Shown here piece by piece: positions 12,225 to 22,355 of a DNA stretch of 64,000 nucleotides. The notes under the pieces are model-generated. The model saw only the letters and a program-made list of their open reading frames with translations, did not search any database and was not told the origin of the DNA. The position numbers and the translations under genes are program-made. The stretch comes from Minutocellus sp. GHC0000111 (taxonomy: Eukaryota): contig OZ361256.1 in assembly GCA_977018835.1 (NCBI GenBank), positions 1,302,001 through 1,366,000 of the forward strand, read 5' to 3'. How positions within the stretch are numbered: position 1 is the stretch's first letter; every line of letters starts with the position of its first letter.

Positions 12225-14632
12225 ATGGTAACGTCGTCGAGTATACATGATGTTACTGTTGCGGCGATGGTGCCGCCGTCGGCATCGGACGAATGTGACA
12301 CATCTTGCGCACATGTAGCAATTGGTGGTCCCACACGTGGATGCTACCGCAATTGCACCTCTCAGAAGCGGAGGATCGGAGCAATTTGTGCCGACGGCGG
12401 AAATAGCGACGGCCAACGCCACGGAAGAAGCGACGCTGCCACCATTACCACTAGCTTCAAGAGTCCCACTCTCCTCGGAGCCCTCTGCTGGACTCTGGCC
12501 ATCTTCTCCGTCTGCCGCCGTCCACTGTCCGAGGCGTTGGCGACGCCCCTTGTTCCTGGAAAGTCGACCTCGGCCGTGGGACCGTTTGGCATGCCGCCTC
12601 GACGAAACTCTCCGGCCACTGTTACGACAGGCATGGGCAGTGGTACTGCGGCATCGACTACCTCCCTCGATATGCTCCGAGGCGGAGCCGATGCTACCCT
12701 GGCCCAGTCACGCGGCATGGCCAGCCGTCGAGGTGACGGCAAGAAGAAGAGCCGGCCGGCTAGTGGTGGATCGGCCGCCGCTCAAACGACGCAGCGCAAC
12801 GTCCTCCAGTCGCGGCCGGACGTGTCGACCGAGGTCGGACCGGCGGCCGACGACGATGGCCTTGCCGCCAACGCAAATACCAATACGAATACCAACGGCG
12901 ACATCCCCCGCTTGGCCGTCGACGCATCCGACCTCAGCAGCAACGACGAGGACGAGGAGGATTTCGACGCCAACCGCGTCATCCCCTGCGAGTACGTGGC
13001 CGAGACCAACCTCCCCACCGACATTGGACACTTCCGCCTGCGGGCGTACCGGATAAGCGACGACGATTTCAGCTCCAAACGTCGCAACCGCTTCGTCGGG
13101 ACGGAGCCCTGCGTCATCTACGCCGGTGACAAGCCCCCCTTTGGCATCAAGGGAGGTGCCGATGGCAACAAGGTTATGAAGGGAAGGCGTTCCGTCCCCG
13201 TCCGCATCCACGATCAGTGCTTTACTAGCGAGGTGTTCCGTTCCCAGCGGTAAGTTTGCAGACGGGCACATGTCATAAAATGAATGATCGTTCTCATACA
13301 TCACACTCTTTCATTAACCACATGTTGCCTGAAACACTCACGTGTGTGTATCTCTTCTAAACGCACAGATGCGACTGCAAGGAGCAGTTGAAAATGTCCC
13401 TGGACTACATCAAGAAGCATGGAGGTGCCATCATTTATCTGCAACAGGAGGGACGTGGCATCGGCTTGGCCAATAAGGTCGCAGCTTACGCCCTGCAGGA
13501 TGTCGGTATGGACACGGTCGATGCCAACATCCACCTCGGCTTCCCCGAGGACTGCCGACAGTATGGCGTCGTCCCTGCCATCTTGGCCGAGATGGGAATC
13601 GATTCCATCCAGATCATTACCAATAACCCGCGCAAGATCAACCGCCTTCGTGATCTGGGTGTTGATATCGATGGCACCATCCCGATGGTAGTGAAGAAGG
13701 CCAATCCGTACAATCAAAAGTACTTGCAAACGAAGCGGCAGAGGATGAACCATCAAAACTTTGGATCGTTGCTGACGCAGGATGGCAAGTCGGTATTCGA
13801 TGAGCCAACCATCCCGCCAGTGCGTCCCTCGCTCAACTTGAATGTATCGCCGGGCAACAACACCTTTGATGCTCGTGCGCCGGCGAGCCTTGCGGAGAAG
13901 TACATCAACGAAGGGGAGGAGATGGCAGCTCATGCCGTTGCGACTTGCCTGATCGATGATGATGAGAGCCAAGCGGGTGTTACGGCCTCTGAAGATGGAT
14001 ACTGTTTTGGAAGGCAATCGGTGGAGGATGCCATCGCCGCCGTCAAGCGGGGTGAGCTGGTGGTCGTCGTGGATGACATGGACCGAGAGAATGAGGGTGA
14101 TTTCATCATGGCGGCCGACCTTTGTACTCCGGAGCAGATGGCAACCATCGTCCGGTACTCGAGTGGCGTGATCTGTGTCGGTATGGAAGGGAAGCGAATG
14201 GACGAGCTTGAGCTGCCGGCCATGGTGACCAACAATGAGGATCCCAAGGGCACCGCCTTTAGTGTTACTGTCGATGCCGCCAAGGAACACGGCATTACCA
14301 CTGGCATTAGCGCAGTCGACAGGGCCAAGACCATGCAGCTGTTGGCTTCGTCTGAAACGTCCGCCAAGGACTTTGTCCGTCCAGGACATATCTTCCCCCT
14401 CCGAGCCAAGTCCAAGGGTGTGCTGCAGCGAGATGGTCACACCGAAGCGGCAGTTGACCTTTGCAAGTTGGCTGGACGAGCACCGGTCGGTGTACTTTGC
14501 GAAATCGTATCAGAAGAGAATCCTGTTGAAATGGCAAGGTTACCCGAGTTGAAACGATTCTGCAAAGAACACGGCTATGTCCTTACCAGCATCGTCGACA
14601 TTGCGCAGTATCGAAGAGATACTGATCAATGA
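12225..14632 (+). CDS. RIBA: Bifunctional GTP cyclohydrolase II / 3,4-dihydroxy-2-butanone-4-phosphate synthase, GCH-II first (intron 13250-13368; start uncertain)
   Basis: VRIHDQCFTSEVFRSQR|CDCKEQL and QEGRGIGLANKVAAYALQD (GCH II), followed by DDMDRENEGD, TAFSVTVDA, TTGISA, RPGHIFPL, GHTEA (DHBPS). Confidence 0.93.
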
Positions 14633-14789
14633 AGCATTGAAGCTTGTGTAATATGTAAGCTATAAGAAAAAGTAGAATTGAACGAGATTCTACCTACGTA
14701 GCAGTAGCGGCAGCGGTACTTGTAGAAAAATAAGGTGGAAATTCTCACCAAGGTGCACAATCTTGAAGCAAGTACCGGTAAGCTCCTCA

Positions 14790-15671
14790 CTAACACAACT
14801 CAGTCCAGAGCTTCTCACAAAGTGGCACACCCACTTCACCATACCGTCTTTCTCCTTCCGTCATGGGAGCCAAATGAGGGATCTTGTCCTCAACCAGGGC
14901 CATCAAGCCCTCATAAATGGCTTTGTTCCCCTCCTCGCTTAGGTGCAACCCATCTGTAAGATGCTTTTCGAAGCCGGGCACGTCGCCACCCAAAAGTTTC
15001 CACGTGTCTAAAGTTGCGCACTTTAGCGCATCGCCAACAGACTTCATTGCAAGACCATATTGGCGAGAGGCATCGTTGGTGCGATCGGATTTATCTCGGC
15101 CGTACGTCTTGCAAAAATCCTCCCACCACGGCTGATAGACAGGTGGTGGTGTGATCAGGATGATCGGTGGTGAGCGACCATCGGCAGAGCCATCGCCATC
15201 ACCATCGCCACCGCTCTTGTGGGAAGCCCGTATCATCTCCACAATCTTTTTTAGGTTGGACGCATATTCCTCGACTGGGACATGCTGTCTTGTACCTGGC
15301 AAGGCTGCATCGTTGGCTCCAAACCATAGCGTGTAGAACAGCACTCTGCCGCTGCCTGCTGACCCTGCGCCGCAATCAGCTAGAACGCTCGGTAAAACAT
15401 CGAGGGCATGGCGAGTGTTGTATCCGCTGAAGCCACGAGACAGCACATCTGCTCTACGCGAGTACGTGCTCTACGCGACGCGGTGGAATGAGTAAGTGTG
15501 AGTAGATGAGGGTTTGACTTTGAGGCATGCATGTTGCCAGCACAAAGAAGGCACAAAAATTCAAGCACGCACCGACAACCTGGATATCCATCCGAAGCCA
15601 GACCCGGCCTGCTCGCCGAAGCCGAACTGTGTCAACGAATCCCCAAAGAGGACAAGACGGGGTCTGCTCAT
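14790..15671 (-). CDS. IAH1: SGNH/GDSL esterase, IAH1-like (exons 15671-15573, 15470-14790)
   Basis: MSRPRLVLFGDSLTQ, RADVLSRGFSGYNTR, WFGANDA, ILITPPP, DGLHLSEEGN. Confidence 0.88.
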
Positions 15672-15818
15672 GGTAACAAAGCGGCCGCAACAAAAAATGA
15701 GCCGATTTGCACCGGTTTACCAATGACCCCCCAAATTTGCACATGCGCTGCCGCGCTGCTGCCGCTGCTGCCGCTGCTGCTCTGCTGCTGCCGCAGAGCA
15801 GCCATTCGACCCTGATAA

Positions 15819-16831
15819 ATGACCTTCTCTAATCCACCCGCCGCGATCGGCCTTACACTCGGCCTCTTATTATGGCCATGGCCGAACATTCTGCCATTCG
15901 TTGCTGCTTGTAAGAATGAGGTTTCGGTACAGGTGTACGAGGGCCCAACGTCATGTAGCAACACCAACGCCGACGATCTGAAGAAAGTGGAAAATGACAT
16001 CGTCGTACCTAGGTAGGGCTCCACTTTACCGTCACTATTGACGAAAGCAGTGAGGCGGGAGAGCGCGGGGCGAAAATTGAGTCGTCTCACGACCGAGGGA
16101 TCGCACCCTCGTTTCCCGTCGGACAGGCAAAGGTCATTCCAGGTCTTGATCAGGGACTTGTGGGTCTTTGCAAGGGGAGCAAGGCGCATATTATCATCCC
16201 TCCCCATCTGGCGTACGGAGACATGGGTGTTCCAAACTCAAATGTACCCGGCGATGTGACACTGCGTTACGATGTGGAGATATTGGACGTACGAAAGCCA
16301 GTTCCAAACGATTTTCAATTGATTGATACAAACAACGATGGCAAGCTTTCGAAGGAGGAGGCAAAGTTGTACTTTGAGAGCAAGGGCCAGATGATTGATA
16401 TAGACGCCTTGTTCAAGGCAGAAGATCTCGATGATGATGGCTACGTATCGTGGGAAGAATTCACCGGTCCGAAAGGTGATGGTCCGCCCGATATTGTATT
16501 GCAACAACAAAGACAAAAGATGCACGAAGAGCAAGCAGCCCAAGCTCAAGCTCGAGCACAGCAGCAGCAGCAGCAGCAACAAGCACAAGATGCGCAGCAG
16601 CAAGTGGTCGAAATATTTCAGCAGATGGATGGTGATGGAGACTCTAAGATCAGCAAGGAGGAACTTGCGGCTGCCTTTGCTGCAATGGGATCCAAAATGA
16701 CCGAGGAGTTTTGGGAGGAAAGCGATAAGGATCGAAGTGGTTTCGTTGAATTTCAAGAATTTGTGGGTGATAGTGGAGACAGTGGGGATGATGGGGCCAA
16801 TAGCGTTGGAGGGAAGAAAGATGAATTGTGA
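15819..16831 (+). CDS. ER FKBP-type peptidyl-prolyl isomerase with EF hands and KDEL; frame broken by an 8-nt insertion at 16006-16015
   Basis: Signal peptide; VGQGKVIPGLDQGL, IIIPPHLAYG; EF-hand loops DTNNDGKLS, DLDDDGYVS, DGDGDSKIS, DKDRSGFVE; C-terminal KDEL. Confidence 0.85.
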
Positions 16832-17222
16832 ATAAAATCGATAGTGGGCTCTCGAATGAACGGTATGCTACTGAGCCGAGAGGGGAGACATATTCATCGT
16901 CGATCATTTTCTTCTGCGCAGTCTTTTTTTTTTTTTAGAGAGGGCCTCCGGCAGCATATGTAGGAATTCCTACATATGTGAATCTAAATGTACCACCACC
17001 ACTAGTAGCTAGATCTATAATAATATAACCCTATGAATGAATAAGACTGACGAATCATTGATGTTTTGGCTTTCCCTACCGGATACCGGTATTTTGCTTG
17101 CTTGAGATAGGCAACCGCCTGGCGTGACTTGAGAAAACTTTCCTCTCCATGATGATAACCAAAAGGAAAAGGGGAGAATGCGAAGAAAGATTATAGAAGT
17201 GGCGTTTGCCCCATGCATTCCG

Positions 17223-17348
17223 ATGCCAATAGCCATGGCACATGTGTTTCATCGATCATATGTGCCGTACTAATCTAGCAGACAATGCCCATAGCCATGG
17301 CACATGTGTTTCATCGATCATATGTGCCGTACTAATCTAGCAGACAAT
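17223..17348. repeat. Tandem duplication, 62-bp unit x2, just upstream of the PRP4 start
   Basis: atgcc(a/c)atagccatggcacatgtgtttcatcgatcatatgtgccgtactaatctagcagaca repeated with one mismatch. Confidence 0.9.
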
Positions 17349-17372
17349 TATTTAGTGAAGCTGTGAATAATA

Positions 17373-19907
17373 ATGGTCGGCCGAGGTCGTGGTCGGGGAA
17401 GGGGGCGCCCTGTGGAACCACCGCCCCATGACTTTGGCAGAGGACCTCCACCACCACCCGATCGGCCGGTCCCTCCTTCGGCTGGCGGTACCTCCGCAGG
17501 TCTTGGACGGGGCAGAGGCAGGGGCCGTGGGAGAGGTGGTGACGTTAACAAACCAGCATGGATGACGGCAAATGATGCCGGTGCTGGAACATCGGCAGGA
17601 GCTGGCACTGGCGGCTCTGCGGCTGATGATAGCGCCGCCCAGCTTGCCGCCCAGATGGTGCGATCGGTCGTTGAGACTGGTGGCGCAGCAGCTCCTCCAC
17701 CGGCGGGTCGGGGCCGAGGCCGAGGTCGAGGTGGGGGCACTGATCAGCGGCCGGCCTGGATGTCGCGTGGCGATGCTGGACCAACGTCGGCGACTGCCAC
17801 TTCTACCTCAACTGCTTCGAGTTCCGCATCCGCAACAACAGCCACGATGTCGGCAGCCGCCAGAGAGGCCAAGTTTCAGCGTGATCTGGCCACCCTGTCG
17901 TCGCAGATCCGTTCGGAGGAACGTCACCGTCGAGAAGATGAAGAGCGTTGCATGAGAGAATCCGAGCGGATTCGGCAGGAGGAGGTCGAATTGCAACGGA
18001 GGGAGGAAGAGCGGAAGCGGGTGGAGGAAGAGCGCAAGCGACGGGAGGAAGAGGAACGGAAGCGACGGGAAGAGGAGGCCAGACTCGAGGCTGAGGAATT
18101 GAGGCAGTTGCAGGCATTGGCTGGTGAGGGTATCGGTGAAGGTGCAGGTGGTGACGATGACGATGGTGTCCTCATGTTTGAAGACGAAGAGGAACGAGGG
18201 GCAAGGCTTGCAATGGAACGGAGGGAGAAGAGGCGGAAAAGACTGAAGGAGGTTGCCGCTACAAGTGCTACAGCTACAGATACTACTGCTTCTGCTGCTA
18301 ATGAGTCCATGCAGCCAGCCAAAAAGGCAAGAGTCGACGATATGACAGGCGACACTGATACAAAAAATGTTGGCGCCTCAGTGAGCGATGAAAAGAAGCT
18401 TGAAGAAGAGCCATCGTATAATGAAATTATGGCCGGCGAAGGCTTGAGTGTTGACAAAGACGACGGTGCCGATTCGTTCGACATGATTGCCACCTCACCT
18501 TCCCCTTCAAATGCAACGGGAACAACTAATGGAACGAAGTCAGACCAACCGGCCAAATCTTCTAATACGGACGGAATTGGGGAGGCAGTTGGAGGAACGA
18601 AAGGTCTTACTCGAGCCTCTGCCGATGCTGCCGATGCGGGAAATTTTGATGATGCTGAAGGATACTACCGGGCAGCAATCGGTGAGATCGTTTCGCTTAC
18701 GGCATCGGTCCCTGCCGAATTGGGGGGCAATCAAGATGGCGCATCGGTGGTGCCCTTACGGGTGCTCGGAATTATCGGTAAGGGAGTTTTCTCGACGGTC
18801 CTAAAGGCTGTGCCTGCCGACCAGAATGATACCTATCAATCGAACAACGTATTGGCCATGAAGTTGATCCGCAACAACGATACGATGGCAAAGGCCGCTG
18901 TCAAGGAGGTGCGGATACTCCGGTTGTTGTGCGGAAGCAAATCGTCCAAAAAGGCAGACAGTACCGAGAGTGAGGCTGAAGAGTTGGCTCGCAATCACAA
19001 CATTGTTCGGCTACTGGAAATTACTAATGATGGTATCGATTTCGAGGGAAAGGTCGGCAGGCGGATGCAACAGCAGCAGTCATCCATGTCTCTGCCGCCC
19101 CTCGAGTATCGAAATCACACCACCCTTCTTTTTGAGCACATGCCGTATAATCTCCGTGAAACGCTGGCCAAATTTGGGAAAAATGTCGGAATCAACTTGA
19201 CGGCTGTTCGATCTTACTCCAAACAATTGTTCCGCGCATTGGCCCATCTTGCCAAACACGCGATTGTTCATGCCGACATTAAGCCCGACAATATTCTCGT
19301 TTCGAGCGACTTCTCCACGGTAAAACTTTGTGACTTTGGCTCGGCCTTCTTTGAGACCGATAGCGACAATGTCCCGACGCCCTATCTCGTTTCTCGCTTT
19401 TATCGAGCGCCCGAGATCATTTTGGGACTAGATTACAACAGGGCGGTAGATCTCTGGTCCATTGCCGTCACTCTTGCCGAACTTTTTACTGGATCGGTCC
19501 TATTCCCGGGTCGAACGAACAATGACATGCTAAAACGATTCGTCGACACAATGGGCCCATTCAGTAACAAGATCTTGCGCAGGCACTGTACCAGCTACAG
19601 CAAGATGGGCCTGCAAGCACACTTCGAGGCAGTCCCCGGAGGAACCTACAGCTTTCGTAGACAAGACCTTGATAAGGTCACCGGTCGACCTGTGGTCAAG
19701 ATCATTCCAAAGATGGAGGTGAATCCCAACAAGCAGCTTTCCAGACTGTTGCTCAATTCACGGAGTGGATCGGATGATCGTGCCGATGTGCTGCGATTTG
19801 CGGATTTGTTATCGAAGTGTCTAGATCTATCGCTTGATCCAGCGCGTCGACTAGGAGTCAGAGAAGCTTGGGATCATGAATTCCTATCTGGCAAGAAGAA
19901 GCATTGA
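17373..19907 (+). CDS. PRP4: Serine/threonine-protein kinase PRP4 homologue
   Basis: DDAEGYY, GKGVFS, KLIRNND, VGINLTAVRSY, HADIKPDN, CDFGSA, TPYLVSRFYRAPE; N-terminal GRGRG..PAWM repeats and charged helix. Confidence 0.93.
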   Translation: MVGRGRGRGRGRPVEPPPHDFGRGPPPPPDRPVPPSAGGTSAGLGRGRGRGRGRGGDVNKPAWMTANDAGAGTSAGAGTGGSAADDSAAQLAAQMVRSVVETGGAAAPPPAGRGRGRGRGGGTDQRPAWMSRGDAGPTSATATSTSTASSSASATTATMSAAAREAKFQRDLATLSSQIRSEERHRREDEERCMRESERIRQEEVELQRREEERKRVEEERKRREEEERKRREEEARLEAEELRQLQALAGEGIGEGAGGDDDDGVLMFEDEEERGARLAMERREKRRKRLKEVAATSATATDTTASAANESMQPAKKARVDDMTGDTDTKNVGASVSDEKKLEEEPSYNEIMAGEGLSVDKDDGADSFDMIATSPSPSNATGTTNGTKSDQPAKSSNTDGIGEAVGGTKGLTRASADAADAGNFDDAEGYYRAAIGEIVSLTASVPAELGGNQDGASVVPLRVLGIIGKGVFSTVLKAVPADQNDTYQSNNVLAMKLIRNNDTMAKAAVKEVRILRLLCGSKSSKKADSTESEAEELARNHNIVRLLEITNDGIDFEGKVGRRMQQQQSSMSLPPLEYRNHTTLLFEHMPYNLRETLAKFGKNVGINLTAVRSYSKQLFRALAHLAKHAIVHADIKPDNILVSSDFSTVKLCDFGSAFFETDSDNVPTPYLVSRFYRAPEIILGLDYNRAVDLWSIAVTLAELFTGSVLFPGRTNNDMLKRFVDTMGPFSNKILRRHCTSYSKMGLQAHFEAVPGGTYSFRRQDLDKVTGRPVVKIIPKMEVNPNKQLSRLLLNSRSGSDDRADVLRFADLLSKCLDLSLDPARRLGVREAWDHEFLSGKKKH

Positions 19908-20162
19908 TGAAGAGCATGTCTAGATCTAGAGACTAGATCTACTTTAGAACGTGTTCCTACCGGTAAGATAGCTCCGGTAGTGATCTCAGGATAGGGGGAA
20001 CAAGGGATTTACGTAGCTTGTTCCGGGAGACGCCCTGGCCAAAAGGGCGGACCGAAAACGCACCCATTCATTACATTGAAAAGCAAGCCAAGGCGGAGAC
20101 GAGAACCCACCTTCTCTTCCCCACCGTTCAATGCTTTATTGACCTAATCTGCATAAGTTCAT

Positions 20163-22214
20163 TTGCGCATACGAGTAATATTGTGTTTATTAACCATATT
20201 CAGTACTAGGGCTAGCCTGAAACCTTCTCGGCCAGTGCTTATTGCCTTATTGGCCCAATGCTTCCTTCTGCCGATTTCAGCCCACCGCGGACCTACAGTA
20301 TTCGTAGACAAACAACACACCATGGCAGAGGCGAAACGCGCCGCCGGCATAAAACGGAAACGGACCACAATCGCCATTGATGGGAGTGAGGCAGCGATTG
20401 GTACTGTCCGGCCCGAATTTTTATCATTTACTCTCGATTGGTGGCCCGATGATGAGCCAGGGTGGGAAGGGTCGAGCGTCGTCAAGCTTGATCTTACCTC
20501 GCCTCGTCTCGTTAATGCTGTGTCGGCTTTGGCACCCTTCTTTCTCCGAGTTGGTGGGTGGGAGGCTGACAGAGTGGTGTATCTCACGGACAATGCAACG
20601 CCATCGCAAAGACAGTACTGTAGCGACAATCAAGACTATTGCCTGACCATGTCGAAATTTTCGGAGATTGCAACATTTGCACAAAGGGTCGGGGCTCGGA
20701 TTGTGTTCTGCCTGGCGTATCTGCTGAGCATTGAGAATGAAACAAAAGATTGGGATGGGAGCAATGCACGAGACTTTTTACAGCACGTGGCCAAATCATC
20801 GACGCCTGGCTTGCTCTACGGAATTGAATTGGGAAATGAGCCGCTGCACAGAGGACGATCTACCAATGCTACAAGGCACGTCATGGCATATCAAGAGCTT
20901 CGAGACATGATTGACGAAATATGGAGTGACAATCTAGAAGCATTTCGGCCAAAGCTTTTGGGACCGGCAACCACTGGCGTCAATCAGAACTCATTTGGCA
21001 AATTTCTATCCTTTGTCGAATTTTGCGACATGATTGACATTGCGACCTATCATGATTATCGGTGTGGATCGGGGCGAAATGAAAATCTCTCGTTGGAAGC
21101 CATTGATTCCAAGTCATTTCGAGAACACAACAAGCTCCACCACGCAGCGAAGCTCGTTAAGGCAGCGCTTACCAGACCCAATGCTGAGATATGGATCGGT
21201 GAAGGATCGATGGCGTACAACTCTGGTCGGGAAAATGTGACCGATTCACTTCAGAATTCGTTTTGGTATGCGAACATTTTGGGACAACTCGGTAAGACTA
21301 GGCACATGACTCACAGTGTCTTCTGTCGACAAGCTCTAATTGGCGGTTGGTATGACATCCTCTCTCATTCGAACGATTTCGAACCTAACCCCGATTATTG
21401 GCTCGCTGTTCTGTGGAAGCGTTTGATGGGGACAAAATCGTTATTCTCAGAGCGGATTGGTTGCTGTGAGGAAGGTTCTTCCAGATTATTGCTCCATGCC
21501 TTCTGCGCTCGCCATGATGACGGATTGAAGCCTGATGTGACGAAAGGTGATGTAGCAATTGTTCTTGTCAATATTGCCGACGACACCAGTTATGAAGTTA
21601 CATTGGACGAGACGAGTGACGTATGGGATGCCGAGAGTAGGTTGGAATTTCTCATCGAAGCGGATCGTGATGAACTGTCCAGGGCGGTCTCCCCACTGTC
21701 ATCGAGGCGAGTCACGATCAACGGGCAACCCATGCTGCTGGGTTCAAATGGCGAAGTACCTGAGATTTTTCCATTTGTGAAGCATGATCCAGACTCGGGT
21801 ATGATTGTACCTCCCTATTCAATCATGTTCGCTGTACTGCGAGGAGCCAAGGCATTCCTCTGTCTGGATGATGACAGTTTAATCGGTGCAGCAGCCAATA
21901 ATGAAATCGTCGTCGCACCAAAGTTTTATTCAGAAGTAAGTGAAAATGACGTCGGTGGTGGAATAGAACCGCCGAAGCTTCATGTAAGAACAGCACCAAA
22001 ATTCTTCGAAGGCACACATGCTGACGCTGTGGTCAGTACTGCATCAAGTCCGAATGGGGCAATTTTAATCGAATATTGCTTTGTTGCAGCTGCCGCCTTT
22101 CTAATTATTTTTGTGGGCATGTTGCTTGTGGTAGCGCGATCAAAATTTACCTTTAGACGGGGGCGCCAAGGTCGACAAAAGGGAAGGATGAGGCGCTTAC
22201 AATATCGCACATAA
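20163..22214 (+). CDS. Heparanase-like glycoside hydrolase family 79, C-terminal TM anchor (start uncertain)
   Basis: TLDWWP, LRVGG, ELGNE (acid/base), IWIGEG (nucleophile), RQALIGG.Y, PNPDYW..LWKRLMG; hydrophobic segment plus basic tail. Confidence 0.9.
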   Translation: MRIRVILCLLTIFSTRASLKPSRPVLIALLAQCFLLPISAHRGPTVFVDKQHTMAEAKRAAGIKRKRTTIAIDGSEAAIGTVRPEFLSFTLDWWPDDEPGWEGSSVVKLDLTSPRLVNAVSALAPFFLRVGGWEADRVVYLTDNATPSQRQYCSDNQDYCLTMSKFSEIATFAQRVGARIVFCLAYLLSIENETKDWDGSNARDFLQHVAKSSTPGLLYGIELGNEPLHRGRSTNATRHVMAYQELRDMIDEIWSDNLEAFRPKLLGPATTGVNQNSFGKFLSFVEFCDMIDIATYHDYRCGSGRNENLSLEAIDSKSFREHNKLHHAAKLVKAALTRPNAEIWIGEGSMAYNSGRENVTDSLQNSFWYANILGQLGKTRHMTHSVFCRQALIGGWYDILSHSNDFEPNPDYWLAVLWKRLMGTKSLFSERIGCCEEGSSRLLLHAFCARHDDGLKPDVTKGDVAIVLVNIADDTSYEVTLDETSDVWDAESRLEFLIEADRDELSRAVSPLSSRRVTINGQPMLLGSNGEVPEIFPFVKHDPDSGMIVPPYSIMFAVLRGAKAFLCLDDDSLIGAAANNEIVVAPKFYSEVSENDVGGGIEPPKLHVRTAPKFFEGTHADAVVSTASSPNGAILIEYCFVAAAAFLIIFVGMLLVVARSKFTFRRGRQGRQKGRMRRLQYRT

Positions 22215-22355
22215 CAAAAACGTTGGTCGTTGGTACGTAGCAACAATAAGTAGCTAGTAGTCGTACAATTGTAGTCGTAGTAGGAGCCACATGTAGGTGT
22301 CTGCTAACCAAGGCATGTCTTAATAAAAAAGATGTGTACTAAACATGTACAAGTT

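Noticed and set aside
16005..16012. 8-nt GT-AG micro-intron
   Set aside because: Far below spliceosomal minimum size; the palindromic insertion explains it.
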